Origin: Burkholderiales bacterium
GTDB taxonomy: Bacteria; Pseudomonadota; Gammaproteobacteria; Burkholderiales; Burkholderiaceae_C
Assembly: GCA_040004785.1 (NCBI GenBank)
Contig: JBDUAG010000001.1
Coordinates: 1 to 37,455 of the forward strand
Length of the DNA stretch: 37,455 nt
Reading direction: 5' to 3'
The notes under the pieces are model-generated. The model was not told where the DNA came from, did no database searches, and saw nothing but the letters and a program-made list of their open reading frames with translations. A program made the translations under genes and the position numbers. Below, piece by piece: positions 20,224 through 29,376 of this stretch. Every line of letters starts with the position of its first letter. The stretch's first letter is position 1.

Positions 20224-21198
20224 TCAGTCGGCGAGCTGTTCCCGCAGGCGAGCCAGGCGTTTTCGCGCCTCGGCCCGTGCCGCGAGCGCACCGGGCATGT
20301 CGGTTCGGACGAACCGAGCCTGGTGATTCGGTTGCAGCTGGGCGATGCGATCCATGTCGGCGCTGATGACCGTTCCGATCATCGCGTAGCCTCCGCCAGA
20401 CACGGCGTCCCGGTGCAGGATGATCGGCTCCAAGCCGGCGGGCACCTGGATGGAACCGTAGGGATACCCGGCGTCGACGATGTTCGACGGGTCCGACCCG
20501 GCACCGAAGGGCGGCGTGCGATCCAGGAACTTCAGCGGCCTGCCCCCCTTGAAACGGTAACCGATGCGATCAGCCTCCGCGCCGACCGACCAGCGGTCTG
20601 CATAGAAGGTCTCGACTGCCTCGGCGCTCAGCCGGTGGTCATAGAGTCCCGGCAATACCCTCAGCTCTTGCACTTTCGGGCAACTGACGGCCAAGTCCGC
20701 GGCGACACGGCGACCTACCCGCGCGCGCGGTGTCGAGCTGCCGACGGGCAACAGATCACCCGCGGCGAGCTTGCGACCCTGAAAGCCTCCGAAGGCCCCG
20801 AGGCCGTAGGTCGATCGGCTGCCCAACACCGCTGGCACGTCGATGCCACCGGCAATCGCGATGTAGAGACGGGCTCCGGTTCGCATGAAATCGAACCGCA
20901 GCTTGTCGCCGGCCCTGACGCCGAAGGACTCGTCTCTTGGCACCGCTGCGTCATTGAGCTTGGGCGTCGTTTCGGCGCCCGCGATCGCGACGATGCCGTC
21001 GGCAGTGAACTCGATTTCCGGGGCCAGCAGCGTGCACTCGAGGGCGGCGGCCCCTTCGTCGTTGCCGACCAGGAGGTTCGCAAGCCGGAGCGCGTATTGA
21101 TCCAGCGCCCCTGATTGCGGGATGCCGACGTGATAGTAGCCCGGGCGTCCGAGATCCTGGACCGTGGTCGACAGGCCCGGCTTGATCAGCTTAAGCAT
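20224..21198 (-). CDS. PxpC/KipA-like carboxyltransferase-fold subunit (AHS2 domain)
   Basis: PGLSTTVQDLGRPG, GALD..ANLLVGN, LGSRST, DRIGYR, GSIQVP..PIIL..GGY. Confidence 0.88.
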   Translation of the reverse strand: MLKLIKPGLSTTVQDLGRPGYYHVGIPQSGALDQYALRLANLLVGNDEGAAALECTLLAPEIEFTADGIVAIAGAETTPKLNDAAVPRDESFGVRAGDKLRFDFMRTGARLYIAIAGGIDVPAVLGSRSTYGLGAFGGFQGRKLAAGDLLPVGSSTPRARVGRRVAADLAVSCPKVQELRVLPGLYDHRLSAEAVETFYADRWSVGAEADRIGYRFKGGRPLKFLDRTPPFGAGSDPSNIVDAGYPYGSIQVPAGLEPIILHRDAVSGGGYAMIGTVISADMDRIAQLQPNHQARFVRTDMPGALAARAEARKRLARLREQLAD

Positions 21199-22066
21199 TG
21201 AGGGACTCCATCAGCCGCTGGTTGCAGGTGGCGGGATCGGCTTGAAAATCTTCGAGCGAGAACCTCACCGGCTTGATGCGAAGTTCGAAAGTGCCGGCCT
21301 CAACAGCAGCGACGTCCCGGTCGTATTCCTCGCGCGTGATCGGTTTCCACTTCACGATGTCGCCGGGCTTGAAGAAGCACATGAACTCCTTCAGGTAGGG
21401 CTCACGCTGAGCTGGATCGAAGATCGGCGCCGGCGTGACGCCGAACATCTGGTATCCCCCCGCACCGCGAACCGAGTAGATGCATCCGAAGCAGCCGCCC
21501 TGACCGACGGTGAGCTTGGGCGTGTCGGTGCGCGGCCGGACGTACTTGGGCACCTGCAATTGCTTCGACCGCTCGACCATTTGATAAAGGAAGGGAAGTC
21601 CCGCGACGAATCCCACCATCGAGACGAACCACGGCGCGCCGCTGTGGGCCGCGATGAACTCGTCGACCGACGCGCAGTCATTGACACGCGCGGCGTATTC
21701 GAGATCCGTGCTCAGCGGATCCTGGTGACGTTCGCGGAAACGCATGAGGGTCTCGTGCGTCCATGGGTCGTTGTAGAGCACCGGAATCTCGACGATGCGT
21801 GTGTCGAGCACCATCGGGGCCTGTTCTACGCGCTCCTCGATCGTCTTCATCAGTTTCAGCAGTTTCTCCGCACTGATCACGTCCGGATCGAATCGAATCA
21901 GGTACGACGCGTTTGCCGGGCAGATCTCGGTCACCCCAGGAACCTGCGCATTGCGCAGCTCGGCACACGCGGACATGCCGCGAAAGAATGCCTCCAGGGA
22001 CATCTCCTCCGAGACTTCAACGAAGAGGTGCTCATCGCCACCGAATGTATAGCGGGCCTTGCTCAT
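21191..22066 (-). CDS. PxpB/KipI-like subunit (AHS1 domain)
   Basis: YTFGGDEHLFVE, EIPVLY, MVGFVAGLPFL, PRTDTP, GAGGYQMFG; overlaps neighbouring genes. Confidence 0.85.
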   Translation of the reverse strand: MSKARYTFGGDEHLFVEVSEEMSLEAFFRGMSACAELRNAQVPGVTEICPANASYLIRFDPDVISAEKLLKLMKTIEERVEQAPMVLDTRIVEIPVLYNDPWTHETLMRFRERHQDPLSTDLEYAARVNDCASVDEFIAAHSGAPWFVSMVGFVAGLPFLYQMVERSKQLQVPKYVRPRTDTPKLTVGQGGCFGCIYSVRGAGGYQMFGVTPAPIFDPAQREPYLKEFMCFFKPGDIVKWKPITREEYDRDVAAVEAGTFELRIKPVRFSLEDFQADPATCNQRLMESLNA

Positions 22067-23460
22067 GTCGACACCTCTGGTTTGGCAGGGGACAGCCCAG
22101 CGGCGTTCTCCAACAACCACGGCTCAAGAAATCCGGTGTGATAGTCCGCCTTGCGCACGCGCTCGTCGCGGACCAGCGCGGCATGCAGTGACGCGGTGGT
22201 AGCTTTCAACCCGCCCAGCTTCAACTCGCCCAGAGCGCGCGCCAAGCGAGCCAGCGCCGCATCCCGGGTTTCCGCGCTGACGATGAGCTTGGCGAGCAGT
22301 GAGTCGTAGTACGGTGAAACCGTGTACCCAGGGTAAAGCATGGAGTCGACACGGATGCCAGGGCCGCCGGGCCAAACCAATTCCTCGATACGCCCGAGTT
22401 GCGGAGCGAAGCCTTTTGCGGGATCTTCCGCGTTCAGGCGCACTTCAATCGCGGCCCCCCTGCAGACGATGTCGGACTGCTGCAGGCGAAGCGGGTTCCC
22501 GGCGGCAATCGACAGCATCTCGCGCACCAGATCCACGCCGGTGATCGCCTCGGTGATGGGATGCTCCACTTGGATGCGCGTATTCATCTCGATGAAGAAG
22601 AACTCGCGCGAGCTGTCGTCATACAGGTATTCCAGAGTGCCCGCACCGCTGTACTTCACGGCCTTCGCGAGGTTGACCGCGGACTCGCAGAGCGCGTGTC
22701 GCGTCGCGTCGTCAATGCTGGGCGAGGGGGCCTCTTCCCAGACCTTTTGCCGCCGGCGCTGAAGCGAACACTCGCGCTCGAAGAGATGGATGGCGTTTTG
22801 CCCATCGCCCAGGATCTGCACTTCGATGTGACGCGCGCGGCCGATGAACCGCTCTAGGTAGGCTGCGCCATTGCCGAATGCTGCCATCGCTTCGGCTTGC
22901 GCCATCGGCCACTGCTGCGTGAGTGCAGCCTCGTCTGCACAGACACGAATGCCGCGTCCGCCGCCGCCCGCCGTCGCCTTGATCATGACCGGATACCCGA
23001 TCCTGGCGGCCTCGTGTCTCGCAGCTTCGAGATCGCTCACCAAGCCGTCGCTGCCCGGGACGACCGGCACGCCGGCACGAACCGCGGCCTGCCGCGCGCT
23101 GGCCTTGTCGCCCATTCTTCGGATGGCGTCGCCCGAGGGTCCGACGAACACCATCCCGGCCGCCCGCACCGCATCGGCGAAACTCGCGTTCTCGGACAGG
23201 AAACCGTAGCCAGGATGAATGGCCTGAGCGCCGGCCGAAAAGGCGGCCGTGATGATCGCATCGGCATTCAGATAGCTCTTCGCCGCCTGGTGCGGACCGA
23301 TCTGGACCGCCTCGTCCGCGAGCCGAACATGCAGGCTCTCCCTATCGGCCTCGCTGAACACCGCGACGGTCCGAATTCCGAGCTCGCGTGCAGCACGAAT
23401 GATCCGCACCGCGATCTCGCCGCGGTTGGCAACCAGCAGAGACTTGAGCGAAAGTGACAT
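22063..23460 (-). CDS. Biotin carboxylase (AccC-like ATP-grasp)
   Basis: LVANRGEIAVRII, HPGYGFLSEN, GGGGRG, RECSLQRRRQK, EMNTRIQVEHP, YYDSLLAK. Confidence 0.93.
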   Translation of the reverse strand: MSLSLKSLLVANRGEIAVRIIRAARELGIRTVAVFSEADRESLHVRLADEAVQIGPHQAAKSYLNADAIITAAFSAGAQAIHPGYGFLSENASFADAVRAAGMVFVGPSGDAIRRMGDKASARQAAVRAGVPVVPGSDGLVSDLEAARHEAARIGYPVMIKATAGGGGRGIRVCADEAALTQQWPMAQAEAMAAFGNGAAYLERFIGRARHIEVQILGDGQNAIHLFERECSLQRRRQKVWEEAPSPSIDDATRHALCESAVNLAKAVKYSGAGTLEYLYDDSSREFFFIEMNTRIQVEHPITEAITGVDLVREMLSIAAGNPLRLQQSDIVCRGAAIEVRLNAEDPAKGFAPQLGRIEELVWPGGPGIRVDSMLYPGYTVSPYYDSLLAKLIVSAETRDAALARLARALGELKLGGLKATTASLHAALVRDERVRKADYHTGFLEPWLLENAAGLSPAKPEVST

Positions 23461-23471
23461 TGCAGTGTCCT

Positions 23472-23717
23472 TCAGGCAACGTCGATATCGGCCAGCGGCA
23501 TCCCGGGATCGATGGGGGAGTCGTTGTCGACGTGGAACTTGACCAAGGTCCCTGTCACTTCTGCCGTGACTTCGGAGAACTGTTTCATGACCTCGATGAG
23601 GCCGATCACATCGCCCGGCTGGACCGCGTCGCCTTCCTTCTTGTAAGGTGGCTGGTCGGGCGCAGAACGCAGATAGAACGTGCCCGGTAGCGGACTGAGA
23701 ACAGAATGGATCGGCAT
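23472..23717 (-). CDS. Stand-alone biotin carboxyl carrier protein (81 aa)
   Basis: ATG 23717 with AGAGG upstream; SPLPGTFY..GDAVQPGDVIGLIEVMKQF with the biotinylation MK motif. Confidence 0.88.
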   Translation of the reverse strand: MPIHSVLSPLPGTFYLRSAPDQPPYKKEGDAVQPGDVIGLIEVMKQFSEVTAEVTGTLVKFHVDNDSPIDPGMPLADIDVA

Positions 23718-23766
23718 GGCATTTCCTCTTTGATCGTGCGGCGTGTTCAACGGCCCTTCCGGCTGC

Positions 23767-24171
23767 TCAGCGTGGGGCAGCAGCCTGCTCGGCGGGGGAC
23801 GGCTCGACCACATAGAGCTTTGCAGCCAGCTTCCAGACACCCTGGGAGCGCACGAAGTTGAGGTGGTCACGATATACCTTCGAGCCGATGCGAACTCGCA
23901 CCCGCACCAGCGCGATGTCGTTCGACAGTGCGAGGGACGCGATCACCGACTCCTCTCTCGGCTGCCCCAGGCTCTTCGGCGAAGAGCGCGTGGCGAGCAG
24001 CTCGCGATAGGTGGACGCCGAGAGCACCTGCGCGGTGCCATCGGCGACCGTGAAGAGGCTGCACGCCGGGAGAAACAACCGATCGAACTTCTCGAGATCG
24101 CACTCATGGAGCACGTCGAAGTAGCTCTGAATCGCGGCGTCGAGCTCGGGGGTCTGGAAAGTCGTGGTCAT
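23767..24171 (-). CDS. NTF2/SnoaL-like fold protein
   Basis: IQSYFDVLHECDLEKFDRLF..IALVRVRV..YRDHLNF....WKLAAKLY pattern; 134 aa in operon. Confidence 0.75.
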   Translation of the reverse strand: MTTTFQTPELDAAIQSYFDVLHECDLEKFDRLFLPACSLFTVADGTAQVLSASTYRELLATRSSPKSLGQPREESVIASLALSNDIALVRVRVRIGSKVYRDHLNFVRSQGVWKLAAKLYVVEPSPAEQAAAPR

Positions 24172-24198
24172 CGGAATCGAAGTAGGTTGAGCAGTGGA

Positions 24199-24822
24199 CT
24201 AGTGGTCGGCGAAAGTCGAAGGGTCGGATGGACGGCGCTCGCGTGGACGGCTCGCCACCAGACTGGGACGCAGCGTTTCCCGCTCGAGCCACGTCGCAAG
24301 TTGAGGAGCGTCCTTGCGCCACTCGCCGAGGTGCCGAAAATCGATGTACTCCAGCGCGATCGCAGTTGCCAGCCTGTCCACACGCGCGTCCGGCGTGCAG
24401 ATCTCCTCGCTGAACGATTCGAGCTTGGCAACGACGTTGCGAATGCGGCGGTCGCACTTTTCGATGAACGCCGGGCTGCGCTGCGGCTCCGGGCGAAGCA
24501 GCTCCATCACGCGCCCCACCGAGGCTTCCATCAGTCCCAGGGCAAGCCACCACCGCGTCTGCACGTCCCATCTGTCGTCGACCGGACTCAGGCCGCGGCC
24601 CGGACGCAACGAACAGAAGTACGAGCAAATGACGCGGCTATCGCACAGCATCGTGCCACCGTCGAACAGCAACGTGGGTATCTGCCGCAACGGGTTGATG
24701 GCATCGAGAACCTCGGCCTCGAAGACGTTGATGATCTTGTTGTCAACATCGAGGTTGAGTTCATGCGCTGTTGCCAGCGTCATGCGCCCGAACGGTGTGT
24801 TGGGGCCGTTGAGAAGGATCAT
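24199..24822 (-). CDS. Glutathione S-transferase-like protein
   Basis: TPFGR, NPLRQIPTLLFDGG..LCDSRVICSY (GST N-terminal domain); helical C-terminal domain ending in RPSLVASRP. Confidence 0.8.
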   Translation of the reverse strand: MILLNGPNTPFGRMTLATAHELNLDVDNKIINVFEAEVLDAINPLRQIPTLLFDGGTMLCDSRVICSYFCSLRPGRGLSPVDDRWDVQTRWWLALGLMEASVGRVMELLRPEPQRSPAFIEKCDRRIRNVVAKLESFSEEICTPDARVDRLATAIALEYIDFRHLGEWRKDAPQLATWLERETLRPSLVASRPRERRPSDPSTFADH

Positions 24823-24830
24823 GGCGAGCC

Positions 24831-25556
24831 CTATGCCAGGTAGGGGGTCAGTTCCTTGTGCATCACCCGCGCCAGCTCGACCGCGCCCGGCGTGTCGGAA
24901 TGGACGCAGATGCAGTCCGCGCGCATCGGAATGTCCTTACCGGTGACAGACGGTGCCTTGCCTTCCTTGATGACTCGAATGCAGCGTCTCGCGGCCTCCT
25001 GCGCGTCGACTTCCGGGTGTTCGCGAGTGATGATCAGCGAGCCGTCGTCGTTGTAGTCGAGATCGGTGTAGTACTCGGCCAGGAACTTCAGACCCCGCTC
25101 CGTGTAGACCTTTTCGTGCTGCGTGTTGGCCATTCCCAGCACCGGAACACCGAAGACCTCGACAGCGTCCGCCACCGCGTGCGCAACGTTCGCATCACGC
25201 GCGGCGGCTCCATAGAGCGCGCCGTGCGGCTTGATGTGGTTCAACGGCATGCCGGCGGCGTCCAGGAAAGCCTTCAACGCGCCGACCTGGTACATGATGC
25301 ACGCGGCGAGTTCGTCCCGCTGCATCTTCATCTCGCGGCGGCCGAAACCCTGCAGATCCGGGAAAGACGGATGGGCACCGACCTTGACCTTGTGCTTCTT
25401 CGCGAGTTCGACAGTGCGCTTCATCACCATCGGATCCGAAGCATGGAAGCCGCAAGCGACGTTGGCCACCGTGATAAACGGCATGATCGCTTCATCGTCG
25501 CCGCACTTGTAGAGGCTGAAGCCTTCGCCCATGTCGCAGTTGATAACGAGACTCAT
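24831..25556 (-). CDS. pxpA: PxpA/LamB/YcsF family protein
   Basis: INCDMGEGF, ANVACGFHASDP, GAHPSFPDLQGFGRR, HIKPHGALY, ICVHSDTPGA. Confidence 0.9.
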   Translation of the reverse strand: MSLVINCDMGEGFSLYKCGDDEAIMPFITVANVACGFHASDPMVMKRTVELAKKHKVKVGAHPSFPDLQGFGRREMKMQRDELAACIMYQVGALKAFLDAAGMPLNHIKPHGALYGAAARDANVAHAVADAVEVFGVPVLGMANTQHEKVYTERGLKFLAEYYTDLDYNDDGSLIITREHPEVDAQEAARRCIRVIKEGKAPSVTGKDIPMRADCICVHSDTPGAVELARVMHKELTPYLA

Positions 25557-25698
25557 GTGAGCTCCTGTTCAGTCGAGGCCACCGAAGTTCGGTGCGACTC
25601 ATGTTGATTCGCCCTGGACGCAACACGCAGTTCAGAGGCCCTATGCGCCCGCCACATTGGGGGGGGGGGTGACAGCCCCTTTGTCGAGCTGCAAATGA

Positions 25699-25767
25699 AG
25701 TGTATGGAGCGGCCCCTCGCAGGTCGAATAGCGTTTTTGCCGTGGGCGTTATTGGCTTTCCGGATAC
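25699..25767 (-). promoter_or_regulatory. Putative sigma70 promoter and LysR box for the pxpA-led operon
   Basis: Minus strand: GTAT-N11-ATAA (T-N11-A dyad, 25748-25767), then TTCGAC-N18-TACACT (25728-25699). Confidence 0.4.
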
Positions 25768-25809
25768 GCTGGCCATCACACTACGTTGCTGCCGGACCCG
25801 ATTGGAGCC

Positions 25810-25991
25810 TGGAATCTCACTGGGCAGACGGCAGTGACGCCTTCCGGGCTGGCGCGTTCGTTGGCCGCGGTTCCGTAGACACTGAACAGGTCAGAGAACC
25901 CGATGGCGATGCCGAGCGAGGTCGTCTTGGTCAAACTGAGGTACGGGTTGCCGAAGGCGGACAGCACGACGCGGAAGACAGGGTGGCGCAT
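25810..25991 (-). pseudogene. Amino-acid ABC permease (AapQ/HisM-like) C-terminal remnant
   Basis: FRVVLSAFGNPYLSLTKTTSLGIAIGFSDLFSVYGT resembles the YLNLTKNSSLAIAIGYPDL motif. Confidence 0.6.
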
Positions 25992-26446
25992 CGGGACAGT
26001 CCAAGGGCGGATGCGGCTTGCTTATGCACACAGCTTCAACCTGCATCGACTCCTGCCCCGCGGACCTGACCATGAGGTCGCCCACTGCGTGCGGAGGCCC
26101 ATGCGGAGCAGGCAGCGTTCTGCCCGATATCGCTTTGCCCTATATAGCTGGGGACCAAAAGACGATTCGACGTTGGGGTAGTGCACTCGGATACTTGTAA
26201 CGTCGCAACCAAAAGCGCGCCCATCAAGGCGTGAAGCAGTTTTCACCAGAGTCGGAGCGCATGGAATGAAACAGCTTGCGAAGTACTAAGCCAGCACGGC
26301 GAACGGTACTGCGAGCGGTGCAGACCACTTGGGACACGCTCTACCCATCCGACCGAAACAGTCCCGAGTTCCTTCAGCGAACCTCGCACGCGGAAACAGA
26401 ACGACGCGCCGAGACCGACTGGCCCACCGACCACGACGGAGTCACC

Positions 26447-27157
26447 ATGAACAATTCACCCCTCATCGCCCCTCAGCTCATCACCGGCGCCCGAATGCTC
26501 TATCTGTCGTGGGTTCCGGAAGATCCTGCCGCAGTGGCGTTACTGGTCCCCAAAGGCCTGACTCCGGATGCACGCAGCGTCGTCTACATGAACCAGTACA
26601 TCGTCGACCGCGCCGAGCAGACGTCCAATGCTGGCCTGCCAGGGACCTTTGGCGCCTACTCCCTGACTTATCTGGGAGTTGATCTGCAGAACCTCGACGC
26701 CCAACCGGGCACCCCCGGGCGCTGGTGGACTCACTACTTCAACAGCTCGGCAGACATGCTGGCCTACGCGGCGGATCGCGGCGTGCCGGCGTCGTCCGGT
26801 GAGACGACACTGCGTTTGAACGGTGATCAACTTGTCGCCACGAGTTCTGTCGGCGGCAAGCCGATCATCCGCACGACCTGCACCGTCAAGTTCGGCAAGG
26901 GCGCGCACGCGAATGGACAGCTTCGCTACATCACTCGCGTCGGCGGGGCGCTCACGAGTGGCCGCTATCCCTTCGTCATGAAGGCGGCGGAGGAATTCCG
27001 TGTGGACAAGCTGGAGTTCCTGGATGCCTCGAACCCTGTGTCTGCGCTGCGCCCGAAGACGCCGCTCGAGGTCACCTTCGGCTTCTACTCACCCGACATC
27101 ACGTTCTGCTATCCGGGCGGCGAAGGTCCCCTCGATATCGCACCGCACGGCGTTTGA
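26447..27157 (+). CDS. Acetoacetate decarboxylase-like fold protein of unknown function
   Basis: ATG 26447 with GGAG upstream; LYLSW..DPAAVALLVPKGL and FGAYSLTYLGVD beta-rich pattern; first gene of the monooxygenase operon. Confidence 0.6.
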   Translation: MNNSPLIAPQLITGARMLYLSWVPEDPAAVALLVPKGLTPDARSVVYMNQYIVDRAEQTSNAGLPGTFGAYSLTYLGVDLQNLDAQPGTPGRWWTHYFNSSADMLAYAADRGVPASSGETTLRLNGDQLVATSSVGGKPIIRTTCTVKFGKGAHANGQLRYITRVGGALTSGRYPFVMKAAEEFRVDKLEFLDASNPVSALRPKTPLEVTFGFYSPDITFCYPGGEGPLDIAPHGV

Positions 27158-27192
27158 TTCGCCACGTTCACAGCTCATCAAAGGAGAAAACC

Positions 27193-28671
27193 ATGCTTGA
27201 CCGTTCCGACTGGTACGACTTGGCCCGGACCACCAACTGGACACCCTCGTACGTGCCCGAAGCCGAGCTCTTCCCCGAGGGTCACACCGGCGCCAGGGGC
27301 ATCCCCGAAAGTGCGTGGAACACCTACGACGAGCCGTACAAGGTCGCCTACCGCGAATACGTCAGCGTCCAGCGCGAAAAGGACTCGGGGGCCTACTCGG
27401 TCAAGGCCGCACTGGAGCGGGCGGACATGTTCAGTTCGGCCGATCCGGGCTGGATCGCAACGCTTAAGGAACACTACGGGGCAGTCTCGGTGGTTGAGTA
27501 CAACGCTGCCCTGCAGAACTCCCGGCTTCTGCGTTTCGGGCGCGCTGGAGGCATGCGAAACATGGCGACTTTCGGCATGCTGGACGAGGTCCGCCACGGG
27601 CAGATCCAGCTGTACTTCGCGCACGAGTACGTCCCCAAGGACCGTCAGTTCGACTGGGCTCATGAGTCGATGCGAACCAACAACTGGGTGTCCCTGGCTG
27701 CCCGCCGCTTCTTCGACGACATGATGATGTCGCGCAACGCCGTCGACACCTCGTTGGCAATGAACTTCTCATTCGAGACCGGCTTCACGAACCTCCAGTT
27801 CATCGGCCTCGCCTCCGATGCAACCCACGCTGGCGACTTCAAGTTTGCGAAGCTGATCCAGAGCATCCAGTCCGACGAAGCCCGTCACGCACAGATCGGC
27901 ACCCCCATCCTGAAGATACTGATCGAGCAAGGGAAGAAGGCCGAAGCGCAGAAGATGATCGACATCTCCTTCTGGCGCTCTTGGAAGCTGTTCGCCATCC
28001 TGACCGGCATCCCGATGGACTACTACCTTCCGCTGGACAAGCGCGAAGGGTCGTTCAAGGAGTTCATGCAGGAGTGGGTCGTCACGCAGTTCACCCGCTC
28101 GCTGGAGGACCTGGGACTGGCCAAGCCCTGGTACTGGGACATCTTCATGCGCGACCTGGACGAGCACCACCACGGCCAGCAGCTCGGCACCTGGTCCTGG
28201 CGCCCGACACTGTGGTGGAACCCCGCAGCCGGCGTGGGTCCGGATGAGCGCGAGTGGCTGGAAGAAAAGTACCCGGGCTGGAACGACACCTTCGGCAAGT
28301 GCTGGGACGTCATCACCGACAACGCGAAGGCCGGACGCTTCGAGAAGACGGTACCAGGCACGCTGCCCGTCATCTGCAACGTATCGCAGAACCCCATCGT
28401 CGGCACGCCGAACCGCACACTGCAGGATCGCCAGCTCGACTACAAGGGCCGCAAGTATCACTTCGGCTCGGAAGTCGATCAGTGGATCTTCGAGCAGGAT
28501 CCCGAGCGCTATGCGCGCCACCAGACGCTCGTCGATCGTTTCCTGGCGGGTCAGATCGATCCGCCCGACCTGGGCGGAGTGCTGAAGTACATGGGCCTGG
28601 GCGTGCTGAGCGACGGCGGTCAGGACGCCCACGACTTCGCGTGGGTCGAGAAGTTCAAGGTTCCCGCCTGA
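27193..28671 (+). CDS. tmoA: Soluble di-iron monooxygenase hydroxylase alpha subunit (TmoA/TouA/IsoA type)
   Basis: RBS AAGGAG; WYDLARTTNWTP, di-iron motifs DEVRH and DEARH, FETGFTN, WLEEKYPGW, C-terminal YHS-like YHFGSEVD. Confidence 0.95.
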   Translation: MLDRSDWYDLARTTNWTPSYVPEAELFPEGHTGARGIPESAWNTYDEPYKVAYREYVSVQREKDSGAYSVKAALERADMFSSADPGWIATLKEHYGAVSVVEYNAALQNSRLLRFGRAGGMRNMATFGMLDEVRHGQIQLYFAHEYVPKDRQFDWAHESMRTNNWVSLAARRFFDDMMMSRNAVDTSLAMNFSFETGFTNLQFIGLASDATHAGDFKFAKLIQSIQSDEARHAQIGTPILKILIEQGKKAEAQKMIDISFWRSWKLFAILTGIPMDYYLPLDKREGSFKEFMQEWVVTQFTRSLEDLGLAKPWYWDIFMRDLDEHHHGQQLGTWSWRPTLWWNPAAGVGPDEREWLEEKYPGWNDTFGKCWDVITDNAKAGRFEKTVPGTLPVICNVSQNPIVGTPNRTLQDRQLDYKGRKYHFGSEVDQWIFEQDPERYARHQTLVDRFLAGQIDPPDLGGVLKYMGLGVLSDGGQDAHDFAWVEKFKVPA

Positions 28672-28742
28672 TCGGGATCCATCCATTTCCCCAGCGGATC
28701 GACACGACTCGCTGCGGTCCCTCTTTTTTGTCGGAGTGCGTC

Positions 28743-29003
28743 ATGGCATTGTTCCCTCTCGTTTCACACTTTCACGGTGACTTCGTCCTGAAGCTGCTGC
28801 CCGCGGACACGGACAGCACGATGGCCGAAGTAGGCGCCGCAGCTGCGGTCAACGCGGTCGGCATCCACATCGCAGACCGGCCCGGAAAGAAGATCTTGTC
28901 CCGCAAGCAAGGCGCCACCGCCCCTTATCCGTCCGACATGAAACTCAGCGCGACCGGCCTCGAGCCGATGGATTGCGTCGAGTTCTATTTCGAGAAAACC
29001 TGA
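28743..29003 (+). CDS. tmoB: SDIMO hydroxylase gamma subunit (TmoB type)
   Basis: MALFPLVSHFHGDFVLKL..TMAEV..GLEPMDCVE, 86 aa after the alpha subunit. Confidence 0.88.
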   Translation: MALFPLVSHFHGDFVLKLLPADTDSTMAEVGAAAAVNAVGIHIADRPGKKILSRKQGATAPYPSDMKLSATGLEPMDCVEFYFEKT

Positions 29004-29022
29004 GGCCACTTCCGGAGTCCCC

Positions 29023-29328
29023 ATGAAAGAAGCAGCCAACACATCGAAGAATCTGGTCGGTCCCGTGATCCAGGCGGGCGAGTTCGCCGAGGCCATCATC
29101 GAAGCGATCCGTGAGGACAACCCTGGCAAAGAAGTCCACCTTCGCTCGCGAGCCTCCTATGTCCGCATCGAACTCGAAGGCGAATGCAAGCTGCGCCGCG
29201 AGACGGTCCAAGCCAAATTGGGTCGGCCGTTCCAGCTGACCGAGCTCGAAGTCAACATGCCCTCGTTCGTCGGGCAGATCGAGACCGGCGACGAGGAAAT
29301 GCGCTTCTTTTTCGACCGCAGTTTCTGA
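29023..29328 (+). CDS. tmoD: SDIMO effector/coupling protein (TmoD type)
   Basis: NLVGPV..AIIEAIREDNPGKE..YVRI..LGRPFQLTELEVNMPSFVGQI. Confidence 0.92.
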   Translation: MKEAANTSKNLVGPVIQAGEFAEAIIEAIREDNPGKEVHLRSRASYVRIELEGECKLRRETVQAKLGRPFQLTELEVNMPSFVGQIETGDEEMRFFFDRSF

Positions 29329-29376
29329 CGCGAGCTGAACTGCCACTCCCACGAGCAAACATTCACAGAGGTCCGT

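Noticed and set aside
22063-23717. Housekeeping acetyl-CoA carboxylase accBC
   Set aside because: The BCCP is only 81 aa, and the genes are coupled to pxpB/pxpC-like genes rather than fatty-acid synthesis genes.
26100-26446. Sigma54 promoter expected upstream of an SDIMO operon
   Set aside because: No convincing TGGCAC-N5-TTGC motif found, and no sigma54 activator gene is in the window.
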